The notes: generated by a model not told the origin, from the letters alone. Shown: positions 13,097 to 25,355, counted from the stretch's first letter. The stretch: DNA of 64,000 nt from Gracilinanus agilis (GCF_016433145.1 NC_058132.1:16905261-16969260), one strand, 5' to 3'. Made by a program: numbers and translations.

Positions 13097-13285
13097 TGGC
13101 TCAGTGGATTAAGAGTTAGGCCCAGAGACAGGAGGTCCTGGGTTCAAATATGGCCTCAGACACTTCCCAGCTGTGTGACCCTGGGCAAGTCACTTAACCC
13201 CCATTGCCTTGCCCTTACCACTCTTCTGCCTTAGAACTAATATATAGTATTGATTCCAAGATGGAAGATAAGGGTTTAAAAATAA
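13097..13285 (+). mobile_element. SINE1_Mdo-type SINE (slightly 5' truncated)
   Basis: Family consensus with A-rich tail. Confidence 0.85.
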
Positions 13286-13612
13286 AAATGTAAAAATTTT
13301 AAAAAGTGGTTTTCCTAAAGCATAGATCTGACCGTGTTCCTCAGGGAACTCCAGGCGTTCTTGTTAAAAAATCACTTTTGGCATTTAAAAGGTCTTTATA
13401 GCCTCACCCTTTCCTACCTTCCCAGGCTTTTTGCACTTTACTCCTTTCCACATATTCTATGGTCTATCACCACTAATAAACATGACAGAAGACACTCATC
13501 TGCAGTCTTCAAGCCTTTCTAATGATTGTTCCCATGCCAGGAATGCCTTCCTCACCTCTGACTCCTAGCTTCCTTCAAGGCTCAGTTCAAATATGGCATT
13601 TTGCAAGAAGCC

Positions 13613-13614
<2 letters not shown>

Positions 13615-13647
<33 letters not shown>

Positions 13648-13660
13648 TGTCTGTCTGTCT
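13615..13660. repeat. (TG)n/(TCTG)n microsatellite
   Basis: Visible tandem units. Confidence 0.9.
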
Positions 13661-14002
13661 CTGGGCCCAAGCAACCACAACCTAACAGGTCTCACAGCCA
13701 GTGTCTTCCCTCTGAGATTACCTTGAATTGATGTTGAATAGCTCTTGTATACACCAGCCATTTATGTGTCCCCTATCAGAATGGCACGTGAGGAAAAGGC
13801 CTCTTTCTGCCTTTGAGTCCCCAGTGCTTAGCACCATGCCTGGCACCAAGAGAAAGTTTCCTATGTGCTTGTTGGCATTCCCTGTGCTGAGGCTCCTCCC
13901 AGCCCCATCTCCTCTGTCCTGGAGGCCTCTTTCAGCTTTTCTTGGCCCTTCCCTAACGGTTCTGCATTAGTTATTTAGGCACATCTTTCTCATTAGATCG
14001 TT

Positions 14003-14175
14003 GTTTTTTTTTAATCCTTAACTTCTGTGTATTGGCTCCTAGGTGGAAGAGTGGTAAAGGGTGGGCAATGGGGGTCAAGTGACTTGCCCAGGGTCACACA
14101 GCTGGGAAATGTCTGAGGTTGGATTTGAACCCAGAACCTCTGATTCTCAATCCACTGAGCTACCCAGCTGCCCCC
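14003..14175 (-). mobile_element. SINE1_Mdo-type SINE
   Basis: Reverse consensus with a short internal deletion. Confidence 0.85.
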
Positions 14176-14559
14176 TCTCATTAGATCTTAAGCACCATAC
14201 AGCATATCTTTGTACCTAAGCATAGAATCTCAACTAGAAGAGCTACACATTTAATAAATATCTCTTGAATGAATGTATACGGTGGATTGTCAGAGCTGGG
14301 AGGAGCCTTAGAACAGGGAAGGTCAAGGCTGGGAAATCTAGAACAGAACGTCGGGGCTGGGAAGGTCCCCCGCGGGGGGAGGCCTGGCTCTGGGGCAGCT
14401 GCTCCTCCTCTCTCCGGGCCCACACCAGGATTATCTGGGGAGGCTTCTAGGAGGAGGAATTGGGTGCAGAGGGAGAATTCATTCAGTTCATTCTCGGGTC
14501 CCTCTAAACCCAGGTACTTTTATCCGGCAGCCGGTAGCAGATGCCCGCGGACCATGGAT

Positions 14560-15400
14560 TCGAACAGGCGACCTCTTCAGCAAGACTCTCCAGGCTCCAG
14601 CCCCGCCCTCCTCTGAAACGCATGCGTGGTGGAATCAGACGCAAACCAGAGAAAGGGCGGGCCAACACCCAAGCCAAAACCTGACGCATGCGCTGTTCCT
14701 TAGGCTCGCGCATACCCCCCCATGCACCCTCAGCGCAGGCGCGATGACGTCACTCTAGCGACGCGCCTCTTCTCACCGTCGCTCCCCTTCTCCCCCCTCC
14801 CTTTCTTCCCGCCCCCCGATTCCGAGACGCCAGCAACTTCGCTCCTCAGAGTCTTCCATTGACTCGCCGGTGACGGGCTCCTTCCTAGTCCAACGCGGGA
14901 GAAGCGCTTGCCTTGGCCGTGGCGCCATTCAGCGGTCAGCTCAGGTAAGGGCCAGACGGCGCGCGGACGAAAGGGCTCCTCCCACTGCGGGCGCGCGCCA
15001 GGCCCCTCCTCCTTCCCTGTGAGTCCCCCCCCCTCCGCCTCCGCCGAAGCCAATCATAGGCCAATTTAGGAAGTAGGGCCTCGCCCATCCTCGGCGCGCG
15101 GCCAGGCCCAAGAACCAATCAGAGATTAGCTCAGAAAGGCTCGCGCCCACTCCCGGCGCGCGCCTCAGCCCGAGAACCTAGGAGCCAATCAACGTCCAGT
15201 TCAGAGCGAGGCGCGCGGACGAGCCGACTCCACCCACCCGGCACGTGCCTGATTCCCCGCCCCCGTTACTTTTCCTCCCCCCACCGTAGCCGGCTGCCCA
15301 ACCCGGAAGTGGTTGAGTAGGGAAGCCCCTATTGTCCCCCATAAACCGGCATTTGAGCGCCCGTGGGGAGCAGGGGAGCCGGGGAGCCGCTCGGGTTCGA
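14560..15400 (+). promoter_or_regulatory. SMG9: SMG9 CpG-island promoter
   Basis: Dense CpG; NRF1-like (A/G)CGCA(T/G)GCGC near 14687 and 14733; CRE TGACGTCA 14745-14752; CCAAT at 15050, 15061, 15115, 15185; ETS CCGGAAGT 15303-15310. Confidence 0.85.
14760..14944 (+). other. SMG9: Candidate SMG9 non-coding exon 1
   Basis: Strong donor CAG|GTAAGG at 14945 inside the CpG island; no upstream ATG in the segment; start approximate. Confidence 0.55.
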
Positions 15401-15584
15401 ATCTAACCTCGGGGTGACCTTGAGCGAGACACTTAAGGGCCCTGGACCTCAGTTTCCTTATCTGTAAAAGGCTTAATTAAAGGGCAGTGGATCATGAGGT
15501 CCAGCGGACCAAGCAGCTATTAAGCACCCCCTGTGGGCCCGGCTCCACGCTCAACTCCGGGAGGACCGATACCTGCGGGGGCTG

Positions 15585-15780
15585 CGGTGGGGTGGAAGTG
15601 CTCAGTGAGAACCAAGCCTGAGGTCCTGGGTTCAAATATGGCTTCAGACACTTGGTAGCCGGCTGACTCTGAACTGGTCACTTTTCCCCACTGCGTAGTC
15701 CTTACTGCTCTTCTGCCTTGGAACCGATACTCAGTATCGTTTCTAAGATGGAAGGTAAGGGGCTCAAAAAAGAGAGAAAA
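15585..15780 (+). mobile_element. Diverged SINE1_Mdo-type SINE
   Basis: CTCAGTG...GGTTCAAAT...CTCTTCTGCCTTGGAACC...AAGATGGAAGGTAAGG. Confidence 0.75.
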
Positions 15781-16398
15781 CAGCACCTGCCCGTGAGGAG
15801 CTTACACTCTAATGGCCAAAATTCACTTTAAAAGGAAACTAAAAGGGCAGGACCGGGGGAGGCCCAAGGGGCAGATCTACCTGAAAGTTAATTGAATTGG
15901 GGAACTTCTCCAGGTTTTTGTGGATTTCCTGAATTCCTCTGGGACAACCTCATTATTGTGCCTGCTCCCTGCACTGGCCTTGAGGCACTGACCTTGGTGA
16001 TGGGTTCTCCTCCGGGAGTAACCTCAAGAGGGTGGGAACTTTCTGAGGGTCCTCAAGTAGCCAAGCTAGCCTTAAGCACAGGGCTTCTTCCTCCTCCCTA
16101 AGAAACTGTACCCATCGAGCTGCCATAAGATTGGGTACCCTGCAGTGATGGGGCCAGAAGGCTTGAAATGGTGGCCACTCCTCCATCCAGAGAGCAGAGG
16201 TGCTAAGGAGATGGGCACTCCAGGGCAATGGGATCTCCCAGGATGATGGTTTCTGGTCTGAGATGGGTGAACTCCCATTTCAGTGTCTGCATCAAGGAAT
16301 CTCCCTGGTTTTCTGGGGGCCCTGCACACTGCTATAGAGAGAACCCTGGGCAATATGGGGGACCCCAATTTTCCCTCTTTTTCTCACTAGGCAGTGCC

Positions 16399-16554
16399 AT
16401 GTCGGAGTCTGGGCACAGCCAGCCAGGTCTCTATGGACTAGAGCGACGGCGCCGATGGAAGGAACCAGGCTCTGGTGGACCCCAGAATCTGTCTGGGCCT
16501 GGGGGTCGAGAAAGAGACTATGGAGCACCTTGGGAACGAGATCGAGAGAGACGG
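16399..16554 (+). CDS. SMG9: SMG9 NMD factor, first coding exon
   Basis: Acceptor at 16390, GCCATGT start; MSESGHSQPGLYGLERRRRWKEPGSGGPQNLSGPGGRERDY...; donor gtgagt. Confidence 0.97.
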
Positions 16555-17399
16555 GTGAGTGGGGTGGGAGTGGCCTTGGGTGCTCAAAGGAGGCACCATC
16601 CAGGGTCCAGAGACCTCAAGCCTGTGTTCTGGGTAGCAGGTGGTCAGAGACCCAGCTCCTGCCTTTGGGAGCTTGCAGGGTGACTAAGAGTGGTATTGTC
16701 ATTGAACCATCAGTAACCAGAAATCCCACTGTGAGAAATCATGATGTTTCAATACATTTGGAAAAACATTCATTAAGTGCCCACTTAATAATGCCAGGCT
16801 CAGTGCTAGGAGACAAAACCAGAATAGTCCTTGCCCCCAGGGAGTTTCCATTGAGGAGGGCAGGGTATGTGTGTGTCTGCTAATAGGTATAGAGATACCA
16901 CCCAGAAGTGCCAGTAGGTGTAACATTAATACACAAGAGAGGATGGAGAGCCCCAGGGAATGAGGAAGAAAGGGAAGATTTTGATGAGGGGCCTGTTCTG
17001 AGTCTGGAAGGGAGGGATTGATTCCTGGAGATATGGGGGGTGGGAACCTGCAACACCCACACAACCCCAACCCCCCCTCCAAGGGCCGGAGGTGGAATTT
17101 TGTGGATGGGGAATGGCAGGAAGGCTAGTTGGCCTGAGGGGGAGAAATGTGCTGCCAGCCTGAAAAAAATCCACTGAGCTCTGATGTCCAACAAAGGATA
17201 CCATACTTTATCACAAAGACTATAGGGAGTCCCTGAAGCTTCTTAAGGAAGGAAGTGGCAGGAGTTGGGCTTCAGGAATAGCAGCCTGGGGACAGCTGAT
17301 CAGACTGCACCTGCTAGCTATATCTGGGCACCATAGTTGAGGAAGGACATTAGTAACTTGGAGAACATTGGGAGGGAGCAGCCAGGATGATGAAGGACG

Positions 17400-17650
17400 G
17401 CCTTGGGTTCATGCTGTCCATAGATCATTGAAGGAGCTGGAGAGATTTACCCAGGAGAAAAGAAGCTTCTTCGAGGGCTATTCCCTCTTTCACTTGAGGG
17501 CACTGGGCCAAGGGCACTAGGTGGTTGCCAAGAGGCAGAGTCAGGCTTAATGTAAGGAGCAGCTTCTTAACAGAGAGAGAGCTTTCCCACGTGGAAGGGC
17601 CTGCCCTCAGGTGGCATGGACTTGCCATGACTGGAGGCCTTGAAGGAAGC
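17400..17650 (+). mobile_element. L3/CR1 3' relic
   Basis: Matches recalled L3 3' motifs (...gaggcagagtcaggcttaatgtaagg...cttcttaac...). Confidence 0.5.
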
Positions 17651-18796
17651 CAGGAGAGAGAAAGTTTTTATTAAGTGCTGCCAATGTTCCCTGCCCTGCC
17701 CCAGCTATATAGTGGGGATGACAGTAGAAGTGAGCGAGCCAGCCCTTGCCCTCAGGGAGCTCACGTCCTAACAGAGAAAGAGTATATGTGGAGAAGTGAT
17801 TGATGAGGCCTCCCCAGGAGTGGCCCTGTAGGAATGATGGATGTTCTCTGAGTTGGAGCTGGAGCTGGAGCTGGAAGCTTGAGGTGGGAGCATGCCCCAC
17901 CCAGGAGCTCTGGGCCTCAGGGAGCAGAGATGGATGAGCTTTGATGGGCTGAGGATACTGCAGGGAAGGGCAGTCAATCTAGCCAGATGGCCAAGCAGTA
18001 CTCCAGCCAACCAGGGTCCTCCAAGACTGGGGACATGCTCTTGAGCAGGAGTCTGGAGGGCAAGAAAGGGCCCCTTGGTGGACAAACTCCCACACGTGTT
18101 CATACATATGCTCACTCAGACACAAAGAATGTGAAGGATTCAAAGGTGGAGACTTTGTCTCTTTGTCTCTGACTTTGGGGATACAAATCCCAGAGCAGCA
18201 CAGCCCCTGCCCACCAGGAGCTCACCTTTTTAAAAATTTAAATGTTTTTATTCCGAACTTAGATATCAGAAAAGGAGTATTTTCAGAAACACAACAAAAA
18301 GGGTCCTTCAGGAATTCCTCTCTCTTTCTCACTGCTGGCTTCATTGAAAAGTTTGGCACATAAGAAAGTCTACAAGTCACTGTCACGATTATCCTGTTGG
18401 GCTGTGCTTCCTTTTGCCCTTTCCTCTGCTCTCTTGTGGGCATTTTTAAGCTGTTGCCATGATTCTCTTTCTTTCTGGCCTCACTATGGCTAACCTCTGC
18501 TCCCAGCCCTACCCAGTTAATTCTCTCTGGTAGTGGATGGACAAGCCAAATAAATCCAGGCCATTGCTGTGGGCAAAAGTGCCCCTTGGAGCTGTCCCCT
18601 CTGTCAGCAGGTGAGGATACTACTGTGTCCTCTGGAGATCCTGTCTGGGATTGCAGATTGGTGTCCTGAAGTCTTTCCCAGATGTTTGTCTTTATAGTAT
18701 TGTCCTCCCATCAACCCTTCTGGCTCTGTTCACTTCACTTCTGCCTCAGTTCTTATTCCCTGGGGCTCTTGGAATCAGTCTCTTTGGCCGTTTCTC

Positions 18797-18980
18797 TTTT
18801 TTTTTCTTTAACCCTTACCGTGTATTGGCTCCAAGGCAGAAGAGTGGTAAGGGTAGGCAATGAGGGTTAAGTGACTTGCCCAGGGTCATACAGCTGGGAA
18901 GTGTCTGAGGCCAGATTTGAATCTAGGACCTCCTGTCTCTAGGCCTGGCTCTCAATCTACTGAGCTACCCAGCTGCCTCC
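18797..18980 (-). mobile_element. SINE1_Mdo-type SINE
   Basis: Reverse consensus. Confidence 0.85.
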
Positions 18981-19875
18981 CTCTTTGGCCATTTCTAAAG
19001 GAGCAGTTCATGAGGGCCAAGTGCCCCTAACACAGAAGCACTTAATAAAGGTTCCATTTGTTCGTTCCCAGTTTGCCTCTCCATTCCCCATAATCTTAAT
19101 AGCAACCTAAGGCACCCTCTGAGGATCACAGTCTGTTGTGGGTGTCTCTTCCTTCCCCACGATTCTTGCTTCTGTGTTGATTTGAATTCTTCCCAAGCCG
19201 GGATCGTCAAAGCCCACTGCCCTCATTTCCTGCTGTGGATCTATTGCTCTTCTGCTACTTCCTCTTTATGAGAAATCACAAGCCCCCTTTCTGCACTAGT
19301 CTGTTCTTCCTTTTACTCTTCCTCTCTTCTCTTTTCTGACCCTCCAAGGACCCCTATAATGCCCTCTGAAGTCATTCAGGTTCCAAAGGGCCCCAGAACA
19401 CGAGCTCCTCCCAGTGGCCCATTTGTCCTTTCTGGGTTGCTCTGGCCTCTTTGATTCCCAGGCCAGCTCAGAGCTGGTCTTTTCACCAGGATCACTCAGA
19501 CATCATCCTCTCTTCCATCAAAGGTCCATTTCCCACCTGGGCTTCGTAGTTGCACATCCTTCTTGGTTGCAAACTTAAGCCTCTCCTGCTTTGGGTAGTG
19601 TGTATTCCAGTATCTCCTAGTTTTCAGCCTGGCAGGATCCTGACTGAGATTCCTTGATATTCGGACTTCCTTCCAGATGCTTGCTCTGATGTTCCTGGAA
19701 CCTTTCCCTTTGGGTTCTCTCCAGAGATAACCAGTGGCTTCTTTGTGTCTTGCCTCTGCCCTCTGGTTCTGAAGAGATCATGGCAGTTTCCCTTTATGAT
19801 TTCTCAAAAGACCTTTTCCAGGCCTCTTTTTTCTTAATGTGATTTTCAGAGTCCAATAATTCCAGTTCTTCTTCT

Positions 19876-20077
19876 TTTTTTTTTTTAACCCTCACCTTCC
19901 ATCTTGGAGTCAATTCTGTGTGTTGGTTCCAAGGCAGAAGAGTGATAAGGGCTAGGCCATGGGGGTCAAATGACTTGCCAGGGTCACACAGCTAGGAAGT
20001 GTCTGAGGCCAGATTTGAACCTAGGACCTCCCGTCTCTAGGCCTGGCTCTCAATCCACTGAGCTACCCAGCTGCCAC
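19876..20077 (-). mobile_element. SINE1_Mdo-type SINE
   Basis: Poly(T) plus reverse consensus. Confidence 0.88.
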
Positions 20078-21225
20078 CTGAGTCCAACAATTCTTAAGTG
20101 ATAGCTCCTCAACTTGTTTTCCAGATGAGTTTTTTACAGTGGATCTTTTTTTTTCTATTTTTTTTTTTTTTAATATTTAGATTGTGTTCTACTATTTGTG
20201 GCTCTCTCAGGAAATCATTGATTTCTGTTAGGTCTGTTCTAGTTTGCTGGAGTTCCATTTCTTGCCAAGTTTGTTACTTTCTTCCATTTCTTCCTCCTTG
20301 GCTTTTGTTTTTCCCCCTCTTACCTTTTTCTTCCAGGTATTCATAAAGCCTCCGTGGAAAATCCATTTTCCTTTAAGCATCTGCTTGCAGTTTTATTAGG
20401 TTAAACTGACAGTGATTTTTGAGACTAGTTGGTTGTTTTTGTCATCTTTTCAACTTTCCTTTAGTTCCTGAACTGGGGCCTTGTGCCCTGGCCAACCTCT
20501 GACCTCTGCTGCCTTTGGGCAGACACCTCTGCTTGCTCTCACTCCATATTTCTTGGGCTCTTGAGTTGACTTCCACTTCCTAAGATTAGGCCCACCATGG
20601 ACAGTGGAAGTTTAGATGCTGCTGGAGCTTCAGGGCCCTCTCAGGTATATCAGGACAAGCCTCTAGCCTGGGCAGCCCTATTCTGATCTCAGATCTCTCA
20701 GGGCTTACACACACACGCACACGCACACGCACACGCACAGACATGCACAGGCTTGTGGGCTCCCTGTCTCTGGCCTCCTCTCTTTGGGCCACCATTGCCC
20801 AGAGGTTGCTGGCTGGGTTTTTGGGGGGCAGTTCTGAGGTGGAAGGTTCCACTTCCTCTAACGTCTCATTGAGTCTCTCAGTCATTATTTAGTCTAGTGC
20901 AAACCTCAAGTTTTGTGGGAGGGAATCCAAAGTCATTGTTCTCCAGTAGGGTTGGTGGTCATTAAGAGGGCGCCAGAAGAGTCCCTTAACACCCTTTCTA
21001 GAGACATCGTCCTCTTCCCCGACTTGGAGTGACACCCCGTAGGTCCCGTCCTCTGTGGGGAGGGGGTCCAGGAGGTGGAGGGGAGCCCCCACACAGAGGA
21101 CAGCTCATGGACAGGAAGGAGATGAGGCGACCACCTTGGGTGGGAAGATGGGCCAGATGGGGTAAGCCGTGCTGGAGAATTCAGCGGGTCCTGGAGCAGG
21201 GCTGGAGTTCTCCTTCCCTTCACAG

Positions 21226-21300
21226 GACGGCAACGAGGAGACGGGGACATCAGTCATGCAGAAGACGCCCATCATTCTCTCTAAGCCTCCGGCAGAGCGG
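21226..21300 (+). CDS. SMG9: SMG9 coding exon 2
   Basis: cag|GAC...CGG|gtaag; DGNEETGTSVMQKTPIILSKPPAER. Confidence 0.95.
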
Positions 21301-21394
21301 GTAAGGTTGAGAGCAAGTCCTCGGGGTCCGCAGGCCATTGTGGGGGCTGGAGCCAAGGGGCCGCAGCGACCCCGACCTTCTTCCTCCTCTGCAG

Positions 21395-21662
21395 TCTAAA
21401 CTGCCGCCCCCGCCAACCCCGGCGCCCACCGCACCCCCGGCCCCGGCTCCACTGGACAAACCCATCGTCCTCATGAAGCCTCGAGAAGAAAGCAAGGGCC
21501 CGGCCAGCGGGGCAGGTGCCCCAGTCCTTGAAGGGGCCACACCACCCCCCCCAGTGACCCCCACACCTCCCAAGGGGGAGAAGGAAGGCCAGCGGCCTAC
21601 CCAGCCCGTCTACCAGATCCAGAACCGGGGCATGGGTGCCGCCACCCCCGCCGCCATGGACC
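21395..21662 (+). CDS. SMG9: SMG9 coding exon 3 (Pro-rich)
   Basis: cag|TCT...C|gtaag; SKLPPPP...KPIVLMKPREE...PTQPVYQIQNRGMG...AMD. Confidence 0.95.
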
Positions 21663-22105
21663 GTAAGTGGGGGGGGCCTTCTGGGGAGGTGAGGAAGCTC
21701 CTTGACCCATTATAAGACTTACCCAAAAATGGGTTTAAAAAGAGTAAAACCAGATGAGACCCTGGAAGAGACAAGAGGCCCCTGGACATCGGTGACTTGG
21801 GGAGACTCTGGGGGGCCGACTGGGCTCAGGGGTCTCGGTGAGTGGGAGTGACATCGCGGGGGAGGATGCTGAGATTGAGCAGGAGGAGGGGGCCGGGGCA
21901 GTCGGGGTGAGGTGAGGAGGAAGAGAGGTCAGGGGTGACTCGCTGACCCACCTCACAGGGAAAGGGGGGCAGAGGTCCCTGCCTTCAAATAGGGGGTCTG
22001 CCACAGTGAGGAGGGGTGGGGGTGCGTCCGAGCCTGTCCTGTGCCGGGGCTGCCCGGGAGTGCGGGTCTAGGTGCCAGGCGTCCCTGTGTTCTGTCCTTT
22101 GCCAG

Positions 22106-22203
22106 CCGTGGTGGGCCAGGCCAAGCTGCTTCCCCCCGAGCGCATGAAGCACAGCATCAAGCTGGTGGACGACCAGATGAACTGGTGCGACAGCGCCATC
22201 GAG
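22106..22203 (+). CDS. SMG9: SMG9 coding exon 4
   Basis: cag|CC...GAG|gtgag; VVGQAKLLPPERMKHSIKLVDDQMNWCDSAIE. Confidence 0.96.
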
Positions 22204-22404
22204 GTGAGACCTGCGGGCCGGGCGGAGCGCGGGAGCCCCGGGGAGGAAGCTGCCAGGCCTCCCCTGGAGCGGAGGCCGCTGGGGCCGGGCACGTCCTCCC
22301 ACCTTCGCAGGCCCAGGAGGGCGGTGCTGGGCCACACCTCCTGGGTCAGCTCCCCGGTCCCCTCCGTGGGGCTGACGCCGCCCCGGGCCACGCTCTCCCA
22401 ACAG

Positions 22405-22517
22405 TACCTGCTGGACCAGACGGACGTGCTGGTGGTGGGGGTCCTGGGGCTCCAGGGCACGGGCAAGTCCATGGTCATGTCCCTGCTGTCGGCCAACACT
22501 CCCGAGGAGGACCAGAG
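22405..22517 (+). CDS. SMG9: SMG9 coding exon 5 (P-loop)
   Basis: cag|TAC...AG|gtgag; YLLDQTDVLVVGVLGLQGTGKSMVMSLLSANTPEEDQ. Confidence 0.97.
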
Positions 22518-23378
22518 GTGAGGCGGGCGGGAGGGGAGGCGCCACGGCCTCCAGGCTCACCCCACTGGCCCCACCGTCCTGAGTGGGCCCTCCCACCCCC
22601 GGCTCCCTCTCCTGCTCAGACCCCACGAGGCCCCCACTTGTTCTCTGAAGGAGGCCATCCGTCAAGAAGCATTTGTTAAGCGAGGCGGCTCCCTCGTCTG
22701 CTCGTCTCTCCCGGGCCCTCGCCTGCCCGCCGGGGCCCTCTTCGGCCTTTGCCCGTCAGGCCTGCCCGCCCCGGGCCCCTGGGGGTCGGACCCCCTTCCC
22801 AGCGGCCCATGATTCTCTGAGCTCCGCAGTTTCCTCAGCCTGGTCACGGGGCACACAGTGGGCGAGGGACTAGAGACCCCGAGTGAACTGAAGGAGGCCG
22901 GTGTGCGGGCAGCCAGCAGGGGTCCGAGGCCGTTCCCCATCTTAGCCGGACTCTTTCTGACAAGCAGGACTCCCGGAGGGTTGGCCAGGGGAGAGTTCTG
23001 GCATGATATGGCTGTGGCCCCGGGGGTCATCCCCACCCCCCTCTGCTAGGGCCCCCCCCCCCCCCCCCCGTAGAGCCTGTGAGCTTGTGGCCCCTGAACC
23101 TCCTGCGCTGGCCTCCCCCAGCTCTTTAGACGCAGATCACTGACCCTCGGCGGCTCTGACCCGAGTGTCCACAGGACCGCCGAGCCCATTCTGCAGATGA
23201 GGCCCGCCTGCCTGATGAGGCCCTCCCCGCTCCCGGCCACACAGCTTGCCAGCTGACCCAGGCTTAGGGCGATGCCCGCCCCGAGGGCGGACGAGAGCCC
23301 GTCATGGTTGTGGGGTGCGGGTGGGCCCTGCGCGGGGGGCAGTCTCACAGGAGGGCTCCTGCCCCGGCCTCCCTGCAG

Positions 23379-23490
23379 AGCGTACGTGTTCCGGGCCCAG
23401 AGTGCCGAGATGAAGGAGCGTGGAGGCAACCAGACCAGCGGCATCGACTTCTTCATCACCCAGGAGCGCATCGTCTTCCTGGACACCCAG
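23379..23490 (+). CDS. SMG9: SMG9 coding exon 6
   Basis: cag|A...CAG|gtaca; AYVFRAQSAEMKERGGNQTSGIDFFITQERIVFLDTQ. Confidence 0.96.
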
Positions 23491-24211
23491 GTACAGGCCT
23501 GCCAGACCGCAGCTCCAGCCACCCCCGGGGATGGTCGCTCTGTCTGGCCTCTGTCCACCGCCCCTGAGCTCACGGCTGTCTATCTGCCTGTCTGTTGGTC
23601 AGCCTCATTGGCTGTCGGACCCAAAATGGATTTCCCTGACACCTGGTGCTCCGGCCCCTGCCTGGAGAGCTCCTGGGGGAGCCCGGCCTGCCTGTGGTCA
23701 GCTCTGTCGGCCTCTCTGCACCTCTGCCCTCCAGGGCTGGACAAGACTGACCCACACACACATACACACACCGCTCATGTGTCCTCCGAGTTGCCTCCTC
23801 TTCCCTCCCAGCTCTTTGGCCTCCTGTCCTAAAATGTGGCCCCCGGGGCAGGACAGAGGACAGAGGCTGTCCCCTCGCTGCTGGACACTGCCTGCCCACC
23901 TATGCCCAACTTCCTCCCGATCCCCTCCATTCCTGCAGCTCCTACCTTGGCTTCTCCCACAGCCTCCTTGTCTCCCACCCATTCCTGAGGCTCTCGTGGG
24001 GAGGCCAGAGTCCTGGCTCAAACCCACTGGCCAACCTTGGGCAGCAATTGAGCACCCCTGTGTGCGGGCCAGCATGTGGTTCTAGGGACCCCAGAACCCC
24101 TCCTGCCTTGGCGGTGATGCCACCTTCCTCAGGGCTCCGGGACCCCTCATCCTGCCACCCCGCAGCCTCTTCCCGGCCTCACTCCTCCCATGTGTTCCCT
24201 CCTGCCCTCAG

Positions 24212-24307
24212 CCCATCCTGAGTCCGTCCATCCTGGACCACCTGATCAACAATGACCGCAAGCTGCCCCCCGAGTACAACCTGCCGCACACCTACGTGGA
24301 GATGCAG
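24212..24307 (+). CDS. SMG9: SMG9 coding exon 7 (not in the ORF track)
   Basis: cag|CCC...CAG|gtgag; PILSPSILDHLINNDRKLPPEYNLPHTYVEMQ. Confidence 0.96.
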
Positions 24308-24387
24308 GTGAGGGGCCTCTGCGGAGCCGGGGGGCTCGGGGAGGGGTTGCCCGGGCCGGGCTCCCTCACACGCCTTTGTCCCTGCAG

Positions 24388-24473
24388 TCCCTGCAGATCG
24401 CGGCCTTCCTCTTCACAGTCTGCCACGTGGTCATCGTAGTGCAGGACTGGTTCACCGACCTCAGCCTGTACCG
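24388..24473 (+). CDS. SMG9: SMG9 coding exon 8
   Basis: cag|TCC...CG|gtgag; SLQIAAFLFTVCHVVIVVQDWFTDLSLY. Confidence 0.95.
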
Positions 24474-24808
24474 GTGAGATCACGAGCACCCCGCCGTGGG
24501 GATGGGGGGCCGCCTCCTGAGGCTCTGTGAGGAGGGGCCGGAGTGCCGGCCTTGGCTTCAGATCCTGCCTCAGACCCACCTCAGCTGCCTGACCCTGGAC
24601 AAGGCCCCGGACCTCTGTGGGCCTCCCCTGTCAGATGGGGTGAATGGGGGCCGCAGGCCCCTCCGGGCTTTGTGAAGCACTTTGTGAACCTCTGGCCGCC
24701 TCTGACAGAGCCCCTTCCTGCAGAACGCGGCCTCAGACCCAGGCTGCGGCCCATGGGGCAGTGAGGGCCGGGCCAGGCCGGCTCCCAAAACCATCTGAGC
24801 GTGAACCT

Positions 24809-24911
24809 CCCCAGGGACCTCCTGACACCCCCCAAATCCCCTGATAACCCCAGAGGACCCCCTGACACCCCCCAAATCCCCTGATAACCCCAAGGGACCC
24901 CCTGACACCCC
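24809..24911. repeat. 40-bp minisatellite in a SMG9 intron
   Basis: CCTGACACCCCCCAAATCCCCTGATAACCCCA(G/A)(A/G)GGACCC at 24821-24860 and 24861-24900 plus partial flanking units. Confidence 0.9.
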
Positions 24912-25058
24912 AACCCCTCCAACAATCCTGGGGGGGCCTCCTGACACCTCCAGGCTGGCCTCCTCCAACTCCCGTGGGACCCACAAGCGGGGCTTGACCT
25001 TCCCTTGCTATGTGGCCCCAGGCAGGCAGTCGGTCTCTGTTCTCCCCCACCCGCCCAG

Positions 25059-25165
25059 GTTCCTGCAAACGGCAGAGATGGTGAAGCCTTCCACCCCGTC
25101 CCCCAGCCATGAGGCCAGCAGCTCCTCGGGCTCGGACGAAGGCACGGAGTACTACCCCCATCTAG
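25059..25165 (+). CDS. SMG9: SMG9 coding exon 9
   Basis: cag|G...G|gtgag; FLQTAEMVKPSTPSPSHEASSSSGSDEGTEYYPHL. Confidence 0.96.
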
Positions 25166-25247
25166 GTGAGGCGCCGCATGGGGGCCGGGCGTGGGGACGG
25201 CACTCCTGGCCGGACCTCAGGGGGCTCACCCGGCGGCCCTGCCTCAG

Positions 25248-25355
25248 TTTTCCTTCAGAACAAGGCCCGGAGGGAGGACTTCTGCCCCCAGAAGCTGCGG
25301 CAGATGCACCTGGTGATCGACCAGCTGATGGCCCACTCCCACCTGCGCTACAAGG
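25248..25355 (+). CDS. SMG9: SMG9 coding exon 10
   Basis: cag|TT...G|gtgag; FLQNKARREDFCPQKLRQMHLVIDQLMAHSHLRYK. Confidence 0.96.

Larger units (their letters stand above)
18190..20560 (-). mobile_element. Degraded antisense L1 5'/ORF1-region relic in a SMG9 intron, split by SINEs
   Basis: T-rich strand with L1-like motifs (ttctgaagagatcatggcagtttccctttatgatttc); no intact ORF. Confidence 0.45.

Noticed and set aside
14545-14600. tRNA-like T-arm (GTTCGAATCC on - strand)
   Set aside because: B-box-like only; no A box, acceptor stem or cloverleaf
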